64,000 nucleotides of DNA from Malacoraja senta (lineage: Eukaryota): the NCBI GenBank assembly GCA_038087875.1, contig CM075999.1, positions 2,234,001 through 2,298,000 of the forward strand. The letters are read 5' to 3'. This document shows, in pieces, positions 37,545 through 50,385 of the stretch (within the stretch, counting starts at the first letter, position 1; every line of letters begins with the position of its first letter). Made by a program: the position numbers and the translations under genes. A model generated the notes under the pieces. The model did no database searches, was not told the DNA's origin, and saw nothing but the letters and a program-made list of their open reading frames with translations.

Positions 37545-38322
37545 AGAACATAGAAAATAGGTGCAGGAGGAGGCCATTCGGCCCTTCGAGCCAGCACCGC
37601 CATTCATTGTGATCATGGCTGATCATCCCCTATCAATAACCCGTGCCTGCCATCTCCCCATATCCCTTGACACCACTAGCCCCTAGAGCTCTATCTAACT
37701 CTCTCTTAAATCCATCTAGTGACTTGGCCTCCACTGCCCTCTGTGGCAGGGAATTCCATAAATTCACAACTCTCTGGTGAAAAAGTTTTTTCTCACCTCA
37801 GTCTTAAATGACCTCCCCTTAATTCTAAGACTGTGGCCCCTGGTTCTGGACTCGCCCAACATTGGGAACATTTTTCCTGCATCTAGCTTGTGCAGTCCTT
37901 TTATAATTTTACTTCGGAGTCACGTGAGTGACTACGTGAAGAACCCGCTCAGTGCGCTTCTACAAGATATCCCCTCATCCTTCTAAACTCCAGTGAATAC
38001 AAGCCTAGTCTTTTCAATCTTTCCTCATATGACAGTCCCGCCATCCCAGGGATCAATCTCGTGAACCTACGCTCCACTGCCTCAATCACAAGGATGTCCT
38101 TCCTCAGATTAGGAGACCAAAACTGTACACAATACTCCAGATGTGGTCTCACCAGAGCCCTATACAACTGCAGAAGAACCTCTTTACTCCTATACTGAAA
38201 TCCTCTTGCTATGAAGGCCAACATTCCATTAGCTTTCTTCACTGCCTGCTGTACCTGCATGCCAACTTTCAGTGACCGGTGTACAAGGACACCCAGGTCT
38301 TGCTGCATTTCCCACTTACCTA
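37545..38322 (-). mobile_element. CR1 LINE 3' fragment
   Basis: ORF 37949-38308 QQDLGVLV...LVRPHLEYCVQFWSP...RRFTRLIPGM. Conserved 3' UTR. Confidence 0.9.
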
Positions 38323-39404
38323 ACTCCCTAACTTTCGTATCTATCTCAATAACAACAATACCATGAAATCCTTTACAGCCAAAGACAATCTATAGACATG
38401 GAAACAAAGAACTGCAGATGCTGGTTTACACCAAAGATAGACACCAAGTGCTGGAGTAACTCAACGGGTCAGGCAGCATCTCTGGAGAAAAAGGATGGGT
38501 GATGTCTCAGGTCGGGACCTTCTCCAGGCTGAGTGTTTTCTTCAGATAATCCTTAGATCATGGTTCAGTTGGTGTTTTGTAGTGTTCGAGAACCTCATGG
38601 TTGGGGTCAAGGAAAGAGCGTTCACGTCGCGGCCCTGTTTCCACCGATCTTTCCACCACCACGCACAAGAAGCGACAAGACAGACGCCATTGTGTGCAGA
38701 TGCCGAGATGTGCGTTCAACTCTGGCTGAACAGCTTCTAATCTTGTGTGTGGACTCGACAAGAAGGAGAAGACCTCATGGTTGCTGGAAGGAAGCTATTC
38801 CTGGGCTATTCTTTGAGTCTGACGAAGGTTCCCGACCTGAAACATCACTTATCCATGTTCTCCAGAGAAGCTGTCTGACCCGCTGAGTTACTCCAGCACT
38901 TTGTGAAACGTCACCTATCCATGTTCTCCAGAGAAGCTGTCTGACTCGCTGTGCTACTCCTGCACTTTATGTTCTTTTGTGCATCTGCAGTTCTTTGTTT
39001 CTGATATTCCTGAATGCTGGTGGTCACAAATTTCAGGCTCCTCTACCTTCTTCTTCATAGTAGGTGTGGAAAGGAGAGCGTGGCCAGGGTGGTGTGGGTC
39101 CTTGATGATGCCGGCTGCCTTTTATGAGGCAGCATCTCGTATTGATTCCTTCGATGATGGGGTGGCCAGTACCTGTGATGGACCGGGCAGTGTCCACCAC
39201 TCTTTGCAATCTCCTTCATTCCTGGGCGTTTGAGACACTGAACCAGGCTGTGATGATCACCCATCATATCAACAGCATGACTGAATAGATGCCAATGAGC
39301 ATTAGCATCTAGATAGTATCAGAAATATGATTATTGTTTTCAGTTCTGCAATAAAACACCTTCAGGGAAATTGCTCTTTCCCTCTACCTCTCTTTCAAAA
39401 GTTC

Positions 39405-40110
39405 CAGGAGCAGAATTAGGCCATTCGGCCCATCAAGTCTACTCCACCATTCAATCGTGGCTGATCTGTCTCTCCCTCCTAACCCCATTCTCCTGCCTTC
39501 TCCCCATAACCCACTGACCCCCGTACTAATCAAAAATCTGTCAACCTTTGCCTTAAAAAGTTTTTATCCACGAGTAGTTGCTCTACTCAACAGCCAAAAA
39601 TCTGTAGCCTCCCTTTGATCTGGTATTTTGTTGGTTCACATGCTTGATCAATGGTGTTTTATCATTAATGTTTTATTATTATTAATGTTTAGTGTTTTCT
39701 GAATCTGTCAATCTCTGCCTTGAAAATATCCACTGACGGCCTCCACAGCCGTCCGTGGCAGTAATTCCACAGATTCACCGCCCTCTGACCAAAGAAATTC
39801 CTCCTCATCTCCTTTCTAAAAGTACGTCCTTTTATTCTGAGACTACAGACTCTGGTCCTAGACTCTCCCACTAGTGGAAACATCCTCTCCACATCCTCTC
39901 TATCCAGGCCTTTCACTATTCGGTAAGTTTCAATGAGATCCCCCTCATCCTTCTAAACTCCAGCGAGTACAGGCCCAGTGCTGTCAAACGCTCATCATAC
40001 GTTAACCCATTCATTCCTGGGATCATTCTCGTAAACCTCCTCCGACCCTTCTCCAAAGCCTGCACATCCTTCCTCAGATATGGGGGTCGAAACTGCTCAT
40101 AATGTTCAAA
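39405..40110 (-). mobile_element. CR1 LINE 3' fragment (second subfamily) with an internal insertion
   Basis: ORF 39689-39916 MKGLDREDVERMFPLVGESRTR...NFFGQRAVNLWN. Confidence 0.8.
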
Positions 40111-40164
40111 AGTTCCCTGGTGGATTCATCTTTCCTCCGCCCTTGTTCCTTTCACCAATGTTTT

Positions 40165-40465
40165 CTTTAGTTTATAGATACACCGCGGGAAACAGGCCCT
40201 TCGGGCCCACCGGGTCCATGCCGTCCAGCGATCTCCGCACACTAACACTATCCTACGCGCACTAGGACAATTTACAACTACACCATGCCAATTAACCTAC
40301 ATACCCGTACGTCTTTGGAGTGTGGGAGGAAACCGGAGCACCCGGAGAAAAAGCCAAGCAGGTCACGGGGAGAACGTACAAACTCCGTGCAGACAAGCAC
40401 CCGTAGTCGGGATCGAACCCGGGCCTCTGGTAGTGTAAGGCAACAACTCATCCGCTGCGCCACCA
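40165..40465 (-). mobile_element. HE1-type SINE
   Basis: Reverse consensus. Confidence 0.85.
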
Positions 40466-41774
40466 TTGTAAGCACCATTGATGCAAACTCACCAAAATAC
40501 CAAAATGATGATATAACTTTTGATAAATGAATCTGCACAATTGTACTGAAATAATGGCTGTGGGTTTTTTTCATAAGAGAGTAAATACGTTGCAGATTTT
40601 TCTTCCCCTCACGTTAGCTTTCAATGATTCCATGTTATTTTTCTCATGTGCACAGCGTGAGTGGGTATCTCTTTTTGAAGAACCTTGCTCATTTGATGTG
40701 TAGTTTGCTGCTTGAAGTCGTTCTAAGTGACAAACACGCGCTTTTAATCTTTGACCATCTCGGGTGGCTCTGAGCCTTCAAGACAATCTGGTAACTCTGC
40801 AGCGCTGGCTGCCACATGAATTATAAACCACATTCTTGCTTTTTTTTTGGAACTAATATTTTTGAAATAGTTATCATTTCCTGAGGTGCCTTCCGTTTCA
40901 AATATATTCATGTTTTGGAAAAACGTACTGATGTGGCAGTGGCCCTTCAAAGTAGATCGACCTGGTTAAGAAGGAACTGCAGATGCAGGTTTACGCCAAA
41001 GACGGACGCAAAATGCTGGAGTAACTCAGCAGGACAGGCAGCGTCTCTGGAGAGAAGGAATGGGTGACGTTTCGTGTCAAGACCATTCTTCAGAGTCATG
41101 CCTACTATGTTCTGTTGTGCTGAAGCAAAGCAAGAATTTAATTGTCCTATCAGGGACACATGACAATAAACTCTCTTGAATCTTGAATCTTGATATCCAG
41201 CAGCTGTTATTTTTGGGTTGGTTTTTTTTGGTATACAGCGTGGAAACAGGCCCTTCAGCCCACGGGATCCAAGCTGACCAGTGATCGCCCCGTACACTAG
41301 CACTAGTATTTTCCCCAGCGTAAGGGTCTCATTCGACTGCTTAAAATTTTTAAGAATCAATATCACCATAAACTTCTCCCGTAGACCATGGATAAGTACA
41401 GCACGGCAATATCCATGACGACCATGATGCCAAGCCTAACTCATCTCATGTGCCTACACACGATCTATGTTCATCCACTCCCTCTACATCCATGTGCCGT
41501 TCTTACGCCTCACAGTTCAGTTTAGTTTGTCTTCACGTGCACAATCTATCTTTCACTGCCTTAAAAATATCCACTGACTTGACCTCCACATCATCGTGTG
41601 GCAATGAGTTCCACAGATTCATCAGCCATTCTTCTGAACAAGGGTCCCATCCCGAAAGATGATCTATCCATGTTCTCCAGAGATGTGGCCGAACCTGCTG
41701 AGTTATTCCAGCACTCCGTGTGCTCTTGAGATCCATTTGAAACTGATTTTTATTATTGAACTGACATTCAGAGA

Positions 41775-42335
41775 GTGTCTTTCCAGGTGCGGCAGAGGTT
41801 CACCTGCACCTCCTCCAACCTCATCTATTGCACCCGCTGTTCCAGGTGTCAGCTGCTCTACATCGGTGAGACCAAGCGCAGGCTTGGCGATCGCTTCGCC
41901 CAACACCTCCGCTCAGTTCGCAATAACCAACCTGATCTCCCGGTGGCTCAGCGCTTCAACTCCCCCTCCCATTCCGAATCTGACTTTTCTGTCCTGGGCC
42001 TCCTCCATGACCAGAGTGAGTTCCACCGCAAATTGGAGGAGCAGCGCCTCATATTTTGCTTGGGTAGTTTGCACCCCAGCGGTATGAACATTGACTTCTC
42101 CAATTTCAGGTAGTCCTTGCTTTCTCCCTCCTTCCCATCCCAGCTCTCCCACAGCCCACTGTCTCTGCCTCTTCCTTTCTTCTTCCCGCCCCCCCCCCCC
42201 CGACATCAGAAGAAGGGTCTCGACCCGAAACCTCGCCTATTCCTTCTCTCCATAGATGCTGCCTCACCCGCTGAGTTTCTCCAGCATTTTTGTCTACCTT
42301 CGATTTTTCCAGCATCTGCAGTTCTTTCTTAAACA
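41775..42335 (+). mobile_element. Penelope-like element 3' fragment (GIY-YIG domain plus terminal region)
   Basis: ORF 41775-42113 FTCTSSNLIYCTRCSRCQLLYIGETKRRLGDRF...HPSGMNIDFSNFR, followed by a degenerate hammerhead region. Confidence 0.9.
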
Positions 42336-42704
42336 TGCCGAGAGAATTCTGCTCACTTCCTTACAACTTCTGATATATAACATGGGTTGGGAAGGCCGTC
42401 AAAATACATGTTGGCGGATTCACGGTGATTTTATTTGGTTTATACTTCTCCCAAAATTATAAATGTGTCTTTTTGATATATGATGTTGCGGTTGATATTC
42501 ATCATTTGGAAACCAAATTTACGATGTTGCTTCATTTAGTGACAATAATAATTCTTCCCCAGTGTGTTGTGCCTAATCTGTCCTTAAGGTAAACCCTGTG
42601 CAGCCACTTAATGTCATCTGTGGCACCACATCATATCCCTGGGTCTGTGGGAGCAAGTTGTGAGTTCAAAAGCTGGGCACAGATATTCAAGAGACAGATA
42701 GATT

Positions 42705-43455
42705 TATAGACAATAGACAATAGGTGCAGGAGTAGGCCATTCGGCCCTTCGAGCCAGCACCGCCATTCAATGTGATCATGGCTGATCATCCCCAATCAGT
42801 ACCCCGTTCCTGCCTTCTCCCCATATCCCCTGACTCCGCTATTTTTAAGAGCCCTATCTAGCTCTCTCTTGAAAGCATCCAGAGAACCTGCCTTCACCGC
42901 CCTCTGAGGCAGAGAATTCTACAGACTCACCACTCTCTGTGAGAAAAAGTGTTTCCTCAATTTGGCTCTTAGGGCTAACGGAATCAAGGGATATGGGGAG
43001 AAAGCAGGAACGGGGTACTGATTTCAGCCATGATCATATTCACTGGAATTTAGAAGGATGGGAGGGGATCTGATAGAAACATGTAAAATTCTTAAGGGAT
43101 TGGACAGGCTAGATGCAGGAAAAATGTTCCCCATGTTGGGGGAGTCCAGAACCAGGGCGTCACAGTTTAAGAATAAGGGGTAGGTCATTAAGGACTGAGA
43201 AGAGGAAAAACGTTTTCACCCAGAGAGTTGTGAATCTGTGGAATTCTCTGCCACAGAGGGCGGTGGAGGTCAATTCACTGGATGTTTTCAAGACAGAGCT
43301 AGATTTAGCTCTTTGGGCTTACGGAATCAGGGGATATGGGGAGAAAGCAGGAACGGGGTACTGATTTTGGATGATCAGCCATGATCGTATTGAATGGCGG
43401 TGCTGTCTCGTAGGGCCGATTGGCCGACTCCTGCACCTATTGTCTATGTTTCTAT
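42705..43455. mobile_element. Cluster of CR1 3' ends in opposite orientations
   Basis: Minus-strand copy 42705-42960 followed by plus-strand copies 42960-43040 and 43040-43455 with the same 3' UTR. Confidence 0.8.
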
Positions 43456-43569
43456 GTATTCAGGCTGATGCTCTGTATTAGTACTGGGAGAGTGGGTAAG
43501 AAAGAAGAGCAGATGCTGGGTTATATTGAAGGTAGACACAAAATGCTGGAGTAACTCAGCGGGACAGGA

Positions 43570-45550
43570 ATATAACCATATATAACCATTACAGCACGGA
43601 AACAGGCCATCTCGGCCCTTCAAGTCCGTGCCGAACACTTTTTTTAATTTTTATTTTATTTATTTATTTATTTATTTATTTATTATTTACTTCCCCCTAG
43701 TCCCATCTACCTGCACTCAGACCATAACCCTCCATTCCTTTCCCGTCCATATACCCATCCAATCTATTTTTAAAGGATAAAATCGAACCTGCCTCCACCA
43801 CTTCCACTGGAAGCTCATTCCACACAGCTACCACTCTCTGAGTAAAGAAGTTCCCCCTCATGTTACCCCCAAACTTCTGTCCCTTAATTCTCAAGTCATG
43901 TCCCCTTGTTTGAATCTTCCCTACTCTCAATGGGAAAAGCTTATCCACGTCAACTCTGTCTAACCCGCTCATCATTTTAAAGACCTCTATCAAGTCCCCT
44001 CTTAACCTTCTGCGCTCCAAAGAATAAAGACCTAACTTGTTCAACCTTTCTCTGTAACTTAGTTGCTGAAACCTAGGCAACATTCTAGTAAATCTCCTCT
44101 GTACTCTCTCTATTTTGTTGACATCCTTCCTATAATTAGGCGACCAAAATTGTACTCCATACTCCAGAATTGGCCTCACCAACGCCTTGTACAATTTTAA
44201 CATTACATCCCAACTTCTATATTCAATGCTCTGATTTATAAAGGCCAGCACACCAAACGCTTTCTTTACCACCCTATGTACATGAGATTCCACCTTCAGG
44301 GAACTATGCACAGTTATTCCTAGATCCCTCTGTTCAACTGCATTCCTCAATTCGCTACCATTTACCATGTAAGTCCTATTTTGATTTGTCCTCCCGAGAT
44401 GTAGCACCTCACATTTATCAGCATTAAACTCCATCTGCCATCTTTCAGCCCACTCTTCCAAATGGCCTAAATCTCTCTGTAGACTTTGAAAATCTACTTC
44501 ATTATCCACAACACCACCTATCATAGTATCATCTGCATACTTACTAATCCAATTTTCCACACCATCATCCAGATCATTGATGTACATGACAAACAACAGT
44601 GGACCCAACACAGACCCCTGAGGCACCCCACTAGTCACCGGCCTCCAACCTGACAAACAGCCATCCACCATTACTCTCTGGCATCTCCCATTCAGCAACT
44701 GTTGAATCCATCTTGCTACTCCACCATTAATACCCAACAATTGAATCTTCTTAACCAACCTTCCATGCGGAACCTTGTCAAAGGCCTTACTGAAGTCCAT
44801 ATAGACAACATCCACTGCTTTACCCTCATCAATTTCCCTAGTAACCTCTTCGAAAAATTCAAGATTAGTCAAACATGACCTTCCAGACACAAATCCATGT
44901 TGACTGTTCCTAATCAGACCCTGCTTATCCAGATGCTTATATATATTATCTCTAAGTATCCTTTCCATTAATTTGCCCACCACTGACGTCAAACTAACAG
45001 GTCTATAATTGCTAGGTTTACTCTTAGAACCCTTTTTAAACAACGGAACAACATGCGCAGTACGCCAATCCTCCGGCACCATTCCCGTTTCTAATGGCAT
45101 TTGAAATATTTCTGTCATAGCCCCTGTTATTTCTACACTAACTTCCCTCAATGTCCTCGGGAATATCCTGTCAGGACCTGGAGACTTATCCGTTTTCATA
45201 TTTTTCAAAAGTGTCCGCACCTCCTCTTCTTTGAATCTCATAGTTTCCATAGCTACTCTGCTTGTTTCCCTTACCTCACATAATTCCATATCCTTCTCCT
45301 TGGTGAATACCGAAGAAAATAAATTGTTCAATATCTCCCCCATCTCTTTTAGCGCTGCAGATAGCTGTCCACTCTGACTCTCTAATGGACCAATTTTATT
45401 CCTTGTTATCCTTTTGCTATTAATATAGCTGTAGAACCCCTATGGATTTACTTTCACCTTACTTGCCAAAGCAACCTCATATCTTCTTTTAGCTTTTCTA
45501 ATTTCTTTCTTAATCTTTTTATATTCTTTATACTCCTCAAGCACCTCATT
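43570..45550 (-). mobile_element. 5'-truncated CR1-clade (HER1-like) LINE with open ORF2 C-terminal half (RT; ORF 43697-45343, 548 aa)
   Basis: Motifs KSPGPD, NYRPVSLTS, DFSKAFDKVPH, GVPQGSVLGPLLF, YADD, RRLRGDLIEVFK, FFTQRVVAVWNELP. 3' UTR with a GGTTATAT-type tail. Inserted into a Penelope-derived short element. Confidence 0.95.
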
Positions 45551-45992
45551 TACTCTATGCTGCCTATAATGGGTGACGCTTTGGGTGGAGACCCTTCTTC
45601 AGACCAGGGGGAGTGCTGCACTGTCGGTAATACTGCCTTTCCATTGACCCGCACAGTGGCACAGCGGGTGGAGCTGCTGCCTGGCAACGCCAGAGACCCC
45701 GGTTCGATCCTGACTACGGGAGCTGTCTGTGTGCAGTTTCCCCCTGTGATCGCGTGGGTTTGCTCCGGGTGATCTGGTTGCCTCCCACATTCCAAAGACG
45801 CGCAGGTTTGTAGGTTAATTGGCTTCGGTAAATTGCCTCCGGTGTGTAAGATGTGAAACTGAGTTGTCTGGATCTATGAAGCTGTGATGCTTCTGCAAGC
45901 AGGATTTTCATTCTATCTATATCTTACCACTCATGTGCCTATGATAGTAAACTTGATTTGATTTAATCTTCTCAGCTCTGCGGAACAAGTGA

Positions 45993-46620
45993 CATAGAAA
46001 CATAGAAACATAGAAACATAGAAAATAGGTGCAGGAGTAGGCCATTCGGCCCTTCGAGCCTGCACCGCCATTCAATATGAACATGCCTGATCATCCAACT
46101 CAGTATCCTGTACCTGCCTTCTCTCCATACCCCCTGATCCCTTTAGCCACAAGGACCACATCTAACTCCCTCTTAAATATAGCCAATGAACTGGCCTCAA
46201 CCACCCTCTGTGGCAGAGAATTCCACAGATTCACCATTCTCTGTGTGAAAAAAAAATTCTCATCTCGGTCCTAAAAGACTTCCCCCCTTATCCTTAAGCT
46301 GTGACCCCTTGTTCTGGACTTCCCCAACATCGGAAACAATCTTCCTGCATCTAGCCTGTCCAACCCCTTAAGAATTTTGTAAGTTTCTATAAGATCCTCC
46401 CTCAATCTTCTAAATTCTAGCGAGTACAAGCCGAGTCTATCCAATCTTTCTTCATATGAAAGTCCTGACATCCCAGGAATCAGTCTGGTGAACCTTCTCT
46501 GTACTCCCTCTATGGCAAGAATGTCTTTCCTCAGATTTGGAGACCAAAACTGTACGCAATACTCCAGGCGTGGTCTCACCAAGACCCTGTACAACTGCAG
46601 TAGAACCTCCCTGCTCCTAT
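45993..46620 (-). mobile_element. CR1 LINE 3' fragment abutting a Penelope element
   Basis: REVLLQLYRVLVRPRLEYCVQFWSP...RTRGHSLRIRG. (TTCTATGT)n tail at 45993-46025. Confidence 0.9.
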
Positions 46621-47527
46621 CATTCTTCAGGGAACGGGGGTTTCCCTCCTCCACCATAGATGAGGCTCGCACCAGGGTCTCTGCCATACCCCGCAACACT
46701 GCTCTCTCTCCCCATCCCCCCACTCACAACAAGGGCAGAGTCCCCCTAGTCCTCACCTTTCACCCCACCAGCCGTCACATACAACAAGTGATCCTCCGTC
46801 AGTTTCGCCACCTCCAACGTGACCCCACCACTCGCCACATCTTCCCATCTCCCCCCATGTCTGCCTTCCGCAAAGACCGCTCCCTCCGTAACTCCCTTGT
46901 CAATTCTTCCCTTCCCTCCTGTACCACCCCCTCCCCGGGCACTTTCCCTTGCAACCGCAAGAGATGCAACACTTGTCCCTTCACCTCCCCCCTCGACTCC
47001 ATTCAAGGACCCAAGCAGTCGTTCCAGGTGCGACAGAGGTTCACCTGCATCTCCTCCAACCTCATCTATTGCATCCGCTGCTCTAGATGTCAGCTGATCT
47101 ACATCGGTGAGACCAAGCGGAGGCTTGGCGATCGTTTCGCCGAACACCTCCGGTCGGTCCGCAATAACCAACCTGACCTCCCAGTGGCTCAGCACTTCAA
47201 CTCCCCCTCCCATTCCGTATCTGACCTCTCTGTCCTGGATCTCCTCCATGGCCACAGCGAGCAACACCGCAAATTGGAGGAAATGCACCTCATATTCCGC
47301 TTGGGCAGTCTACATCCTGGGGGCATGAACATTGAATTCTCCGAGCTTTGCTAGCCCTTGCTGTCTCCTCCCATCCCTCAGCCCTCGGGCTCCTCCTCCG
47401 CCTTTTTCCTTTCTTCTCCCCACCCCCTATCAGTCTGAAGAAGGGTTTCGGGCCGAAACGTTGCCTATTTCCTTCGCTCCATAGATGCTGCTGCACCCGC
47501 TGAGTTTCTCCAGCATTTTCGTGTACC
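46620..47527 (+). mobile_element. Penelope-like element (probably Neptune-type): RT thumb/linker, GIY-YIG endonuclease and 3' terminal repeat with hammerhead motif
   Basis: Open frame FRERGFP...RVPLVLTFHP...PCNRKRCNTC...FTCISSNLIYCIRCSRCQLIYIGETKRRLGDRFAEHLRSV...VAQHFNS...EMHLIFRLGSLHPGGMN, stop at 47354. Cys-rich linker. CTGAAGA...GAAACGTT at 47435-47462. Confidence 0.92.
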
Positions 47528-47579
47528 CTCCCTGCTCCTATACTGACGTAAATCATTTTTTATTGCATTGACTGGTCTG

Positions 47580-48280
47580 GACTCTGCCCAGACCATCACA
47601 CAAACCCTCCTCCCTCCCATTGATTCCATCTGCACCTCACACTGACTCAGGAAGGACCAGTCTCACCCCGGCCACTCCCTCTTCTCCCCTCTCCCATCGG
47701 GCAAGAGGTACAGAAGTGTGAAAACGCACACCTCCAAATTCAGAGACAGTTTCTTCCCAGCTGTTATCAGGCAACTGAACCATCCTACCAACAACTAGAG
47801 AGCGGTCCAGAACTACCATCTACCTCTCTGGAGACTCTCGGACTATCTTTAATCTGACTTTACTGGACTTTATCTTGCGCTAAACTGGGTAGTTTACACC
47901 CCAGCGGTATGAACATTGACCTCCTTCCCCTCCCCTTCCCAGCTCTCCCACAGCCCACTGTCTCCGCCTCTTCCTTCCTCCCCCCCCCAACCCCCACATC
48001 AGTCTGAAGAAGGGTCTCGACCCGAAACGTCACCCATTCCTTCGCTCCATATATGCTGCCTCACCCGCTGAGTTTCTCCATCATTTTTGTCTACCTTCGA
48101 TTTTTCCAGCATCTGCAGTTCTTTCTAAAACCTTGCGCTAAAGTTTATTCCCTTTATCATGTATCTGTACACTGTGATACGGCTCGATTGTCATCATGTG
48201 CTGTCTTTCCGCTAGCTGGTTAGCCCGCAACAAAAGCTTTTCACTGTAGCTCGGTGCACGTGGCATTAAACTGAACTATA
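47580..48280 (+). mobile_element. Rex1/Babar-type 3' fragment (interrupted by a Penelope piece at 47885-48130)
   Basis: Codes ...PLPSGKRYRSVKTHTSKFRDSFFPAVIRQLN. The same 3' UTR recurs at 6278-6400, 22860-23700, 32725-33100 and 56010-56580. Confidence 0.7.
48004..48031 (+). ncRNA. Minimal hammerhead ribozyme motif
   Basis: Identical 28-nt CTGAAGAAGGGTCTCGACCCGAAACGTC. Confidence 0.75.
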
Positions 48281-49169
48281 CAGACTTGGAAAGATGACAA
48301 ATATTTGTGGTCATTTCACTTTTATTTATTTTACGCTCCAAGTCAGTCTCCGATATTTACAGCCACACGCAGCGCCGCTGATCAGCTAAAGTGCAGCTGG
48401 ATATTGGCAGCTTTTAATACAAAGAGTAAATCAAACTAATTGCAAAGTGAAAGAATTATTCCTCTCAAGGTGCAGGCACTCGAGGTAATTACATTAAACT
48501 GCGTAAAGGCTGTGATTGGGTTGTTGTTGAAGAATGCTTTCATTGGTCCAGTGTAGATTATTGTCACATGTACCGAGTTACAGTGAAAAGCTTTTTGTTG
48601 CGTGCTAACCAGTCAGCGGAAAGACAACACATGATTTCAATCGAGCCATCCACAGTGGACAGATATCTTAGACTTTAGGCAGTGGTAGAGTTGCTGCCTT
48701 ACAGCGGCAGTTTGTACGTTCTCCCCGTGACCTGCGTGGGTTTTTCTCTGGGTCCTCCGGTTTCCTCCCACACTCCAAAGACGTACAGGTTTGTGGTCTG
48801 AAGAAGGGTCTCGACCCAAAACGTCACCCATTCCCTCTCTCCAGAGATGCTGCCCGTCCCGCTGAGTTACTCCAGCATTTTGTGTCTACCTTCGATTTAA
48901 ACCAGCATCTACAGTTCTTTCTTACACAAGTTTTGTAGGTTAGTTGGCTTGGTATAATTTGTAAATTGTCCCTTGTGTGTGTAGGATAATGTCAGTGTGT
49001 GGGGATCGCTGGTCGGCACGGACCTGGTGGGCTGAAGGGCCTGTTTCCACGCTACACCTTCAAACTAAACTAAACTTTTGACTTTAGAGATACAACGTGG
49101 AAAAGGGCCCTTCGGCCCACCGAGTCCATGCAGACCAGTGGTCACCTGTACACTGTGTGTCTATCTTTG

Positions 49170-49730
49170 GTAAAAAAACAGCATCTGCAGTTCCTTGTTT
49201 CTGAGTAATAGGTGGATACCAGTGAGGAGATTTCAATTGGGAGATGGCCGGATTTGGGATGAAGCCAAATGCCTGTGAGATAAGGAGAGAAGGACCATAA
49301 AATGTGAAGTCAGGGGAAGGGATATAGAGGGAAGGGGAAAAGATTATTGTTGTAGGAAGGAACTGCAGATTCTGGCTTAAAGACAGACACAAAATGCTGG
49401 AGTAACTCAGTGGGGGCAGGCAGCATCGCTGGAGAGAAGGAATGGGTCGAAACCCTTTTTCTTCAGGAAAAAAGATTATTGTTTGTTAGTCAATGTTCAT
49501 ACCGCTGGGGTGTAAGCTGCCCAAGTGGAATATGAGGCTCTGACAGTGGAGGAGGCCCAGGACAGAAAGGTCAGTGTGAGAATGGGAGGGGGAGTTGAAG
49601 TGTTTAGCAACCGGGAGATCAAGTAGGCCTTGGTGGACCAAGTGCAAGTGAAACAATCGCACAGTCCACACTAGATCTCACTGAAGTAAAGGAGGCCATA
49701 TCGGGAGCATCCAATGTAGGAGATATGTAG
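49170..49730 (-). mobile_element. Penelope-like fragment(s), minus strand
   Basis: ORF 49486-49671 DLPVAKHFNSPSHSHTDLSVLGLLHCQS...HPSGMNID. Confidence 0.75.
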
Positions 49731-49929
49731 CATATTTATACATAGCAGCTCCATGCAACATATTTGGTGCAGTTATTGAGGGAAGAATTTCAAGACATGA
49801 GGCCACAGAGTTGCTGTCTCAGAGAAAACCCACGCAGGTCAGGGTTCGATCCTGACTATGGGTGCTGTCTTTACGGAGTTTGTACATTCTCCCTATGGCC
49901 GTGTGGGTTATGTCCGGGTGCTCAGGTTT

Positions 49930-50385
49930 CAAGATTCAAGTGAGTTTATTGTCATGTGTCCCTGATAGGACAATGAAATTCTTGCTTTGCTTCAGCACAA
50001 CAGAATATAGTAGGCATTGACTACAAAACAGATCAGTGTGTCCATATACCTTTATATAAATATATACACACATGAATAAATAAACTGATAAAGCGCAAAT
50101 AACAGATAATGGGCTATTAATGTTCAGAGTTTTGTCTGAGCCAAGTTTAATAGCCTGATGGCTGTGGGGAAGGGGCTATTCCTGAACCTGGTCGTTGCAG
50201 TCTTCAGGCTCCTGTACCTTCTACCTGAAGGTAGTAGGGAGATGAGTGTGTGGCCAGGATGGTGTGGGTCTTTGATGATACTGCCAGCCTTTTTGAGGCA
50301 GCGACTGTGGTAGATCCCCTCGATGGAAGGGAGGTCAGAGCCGATGATGGACTGGGCAGTGTTTACTACTCTTTGTAGTCTTTTC
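49930..50385 (-). mobile_element. Rex1/Babar-type LINE 3' fragment
   Basis: ORF 50124-50414 LQRVVNTAQSIIG..LPSIEGIY.SRCLKKAGSIIKDPHHPGH..LLPSGRRYRSLKT.TTRFRNS.FPTAIRLLN. 3' end with GACAATAAA and a TTGAA-type tail. Confidence 0.8.
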
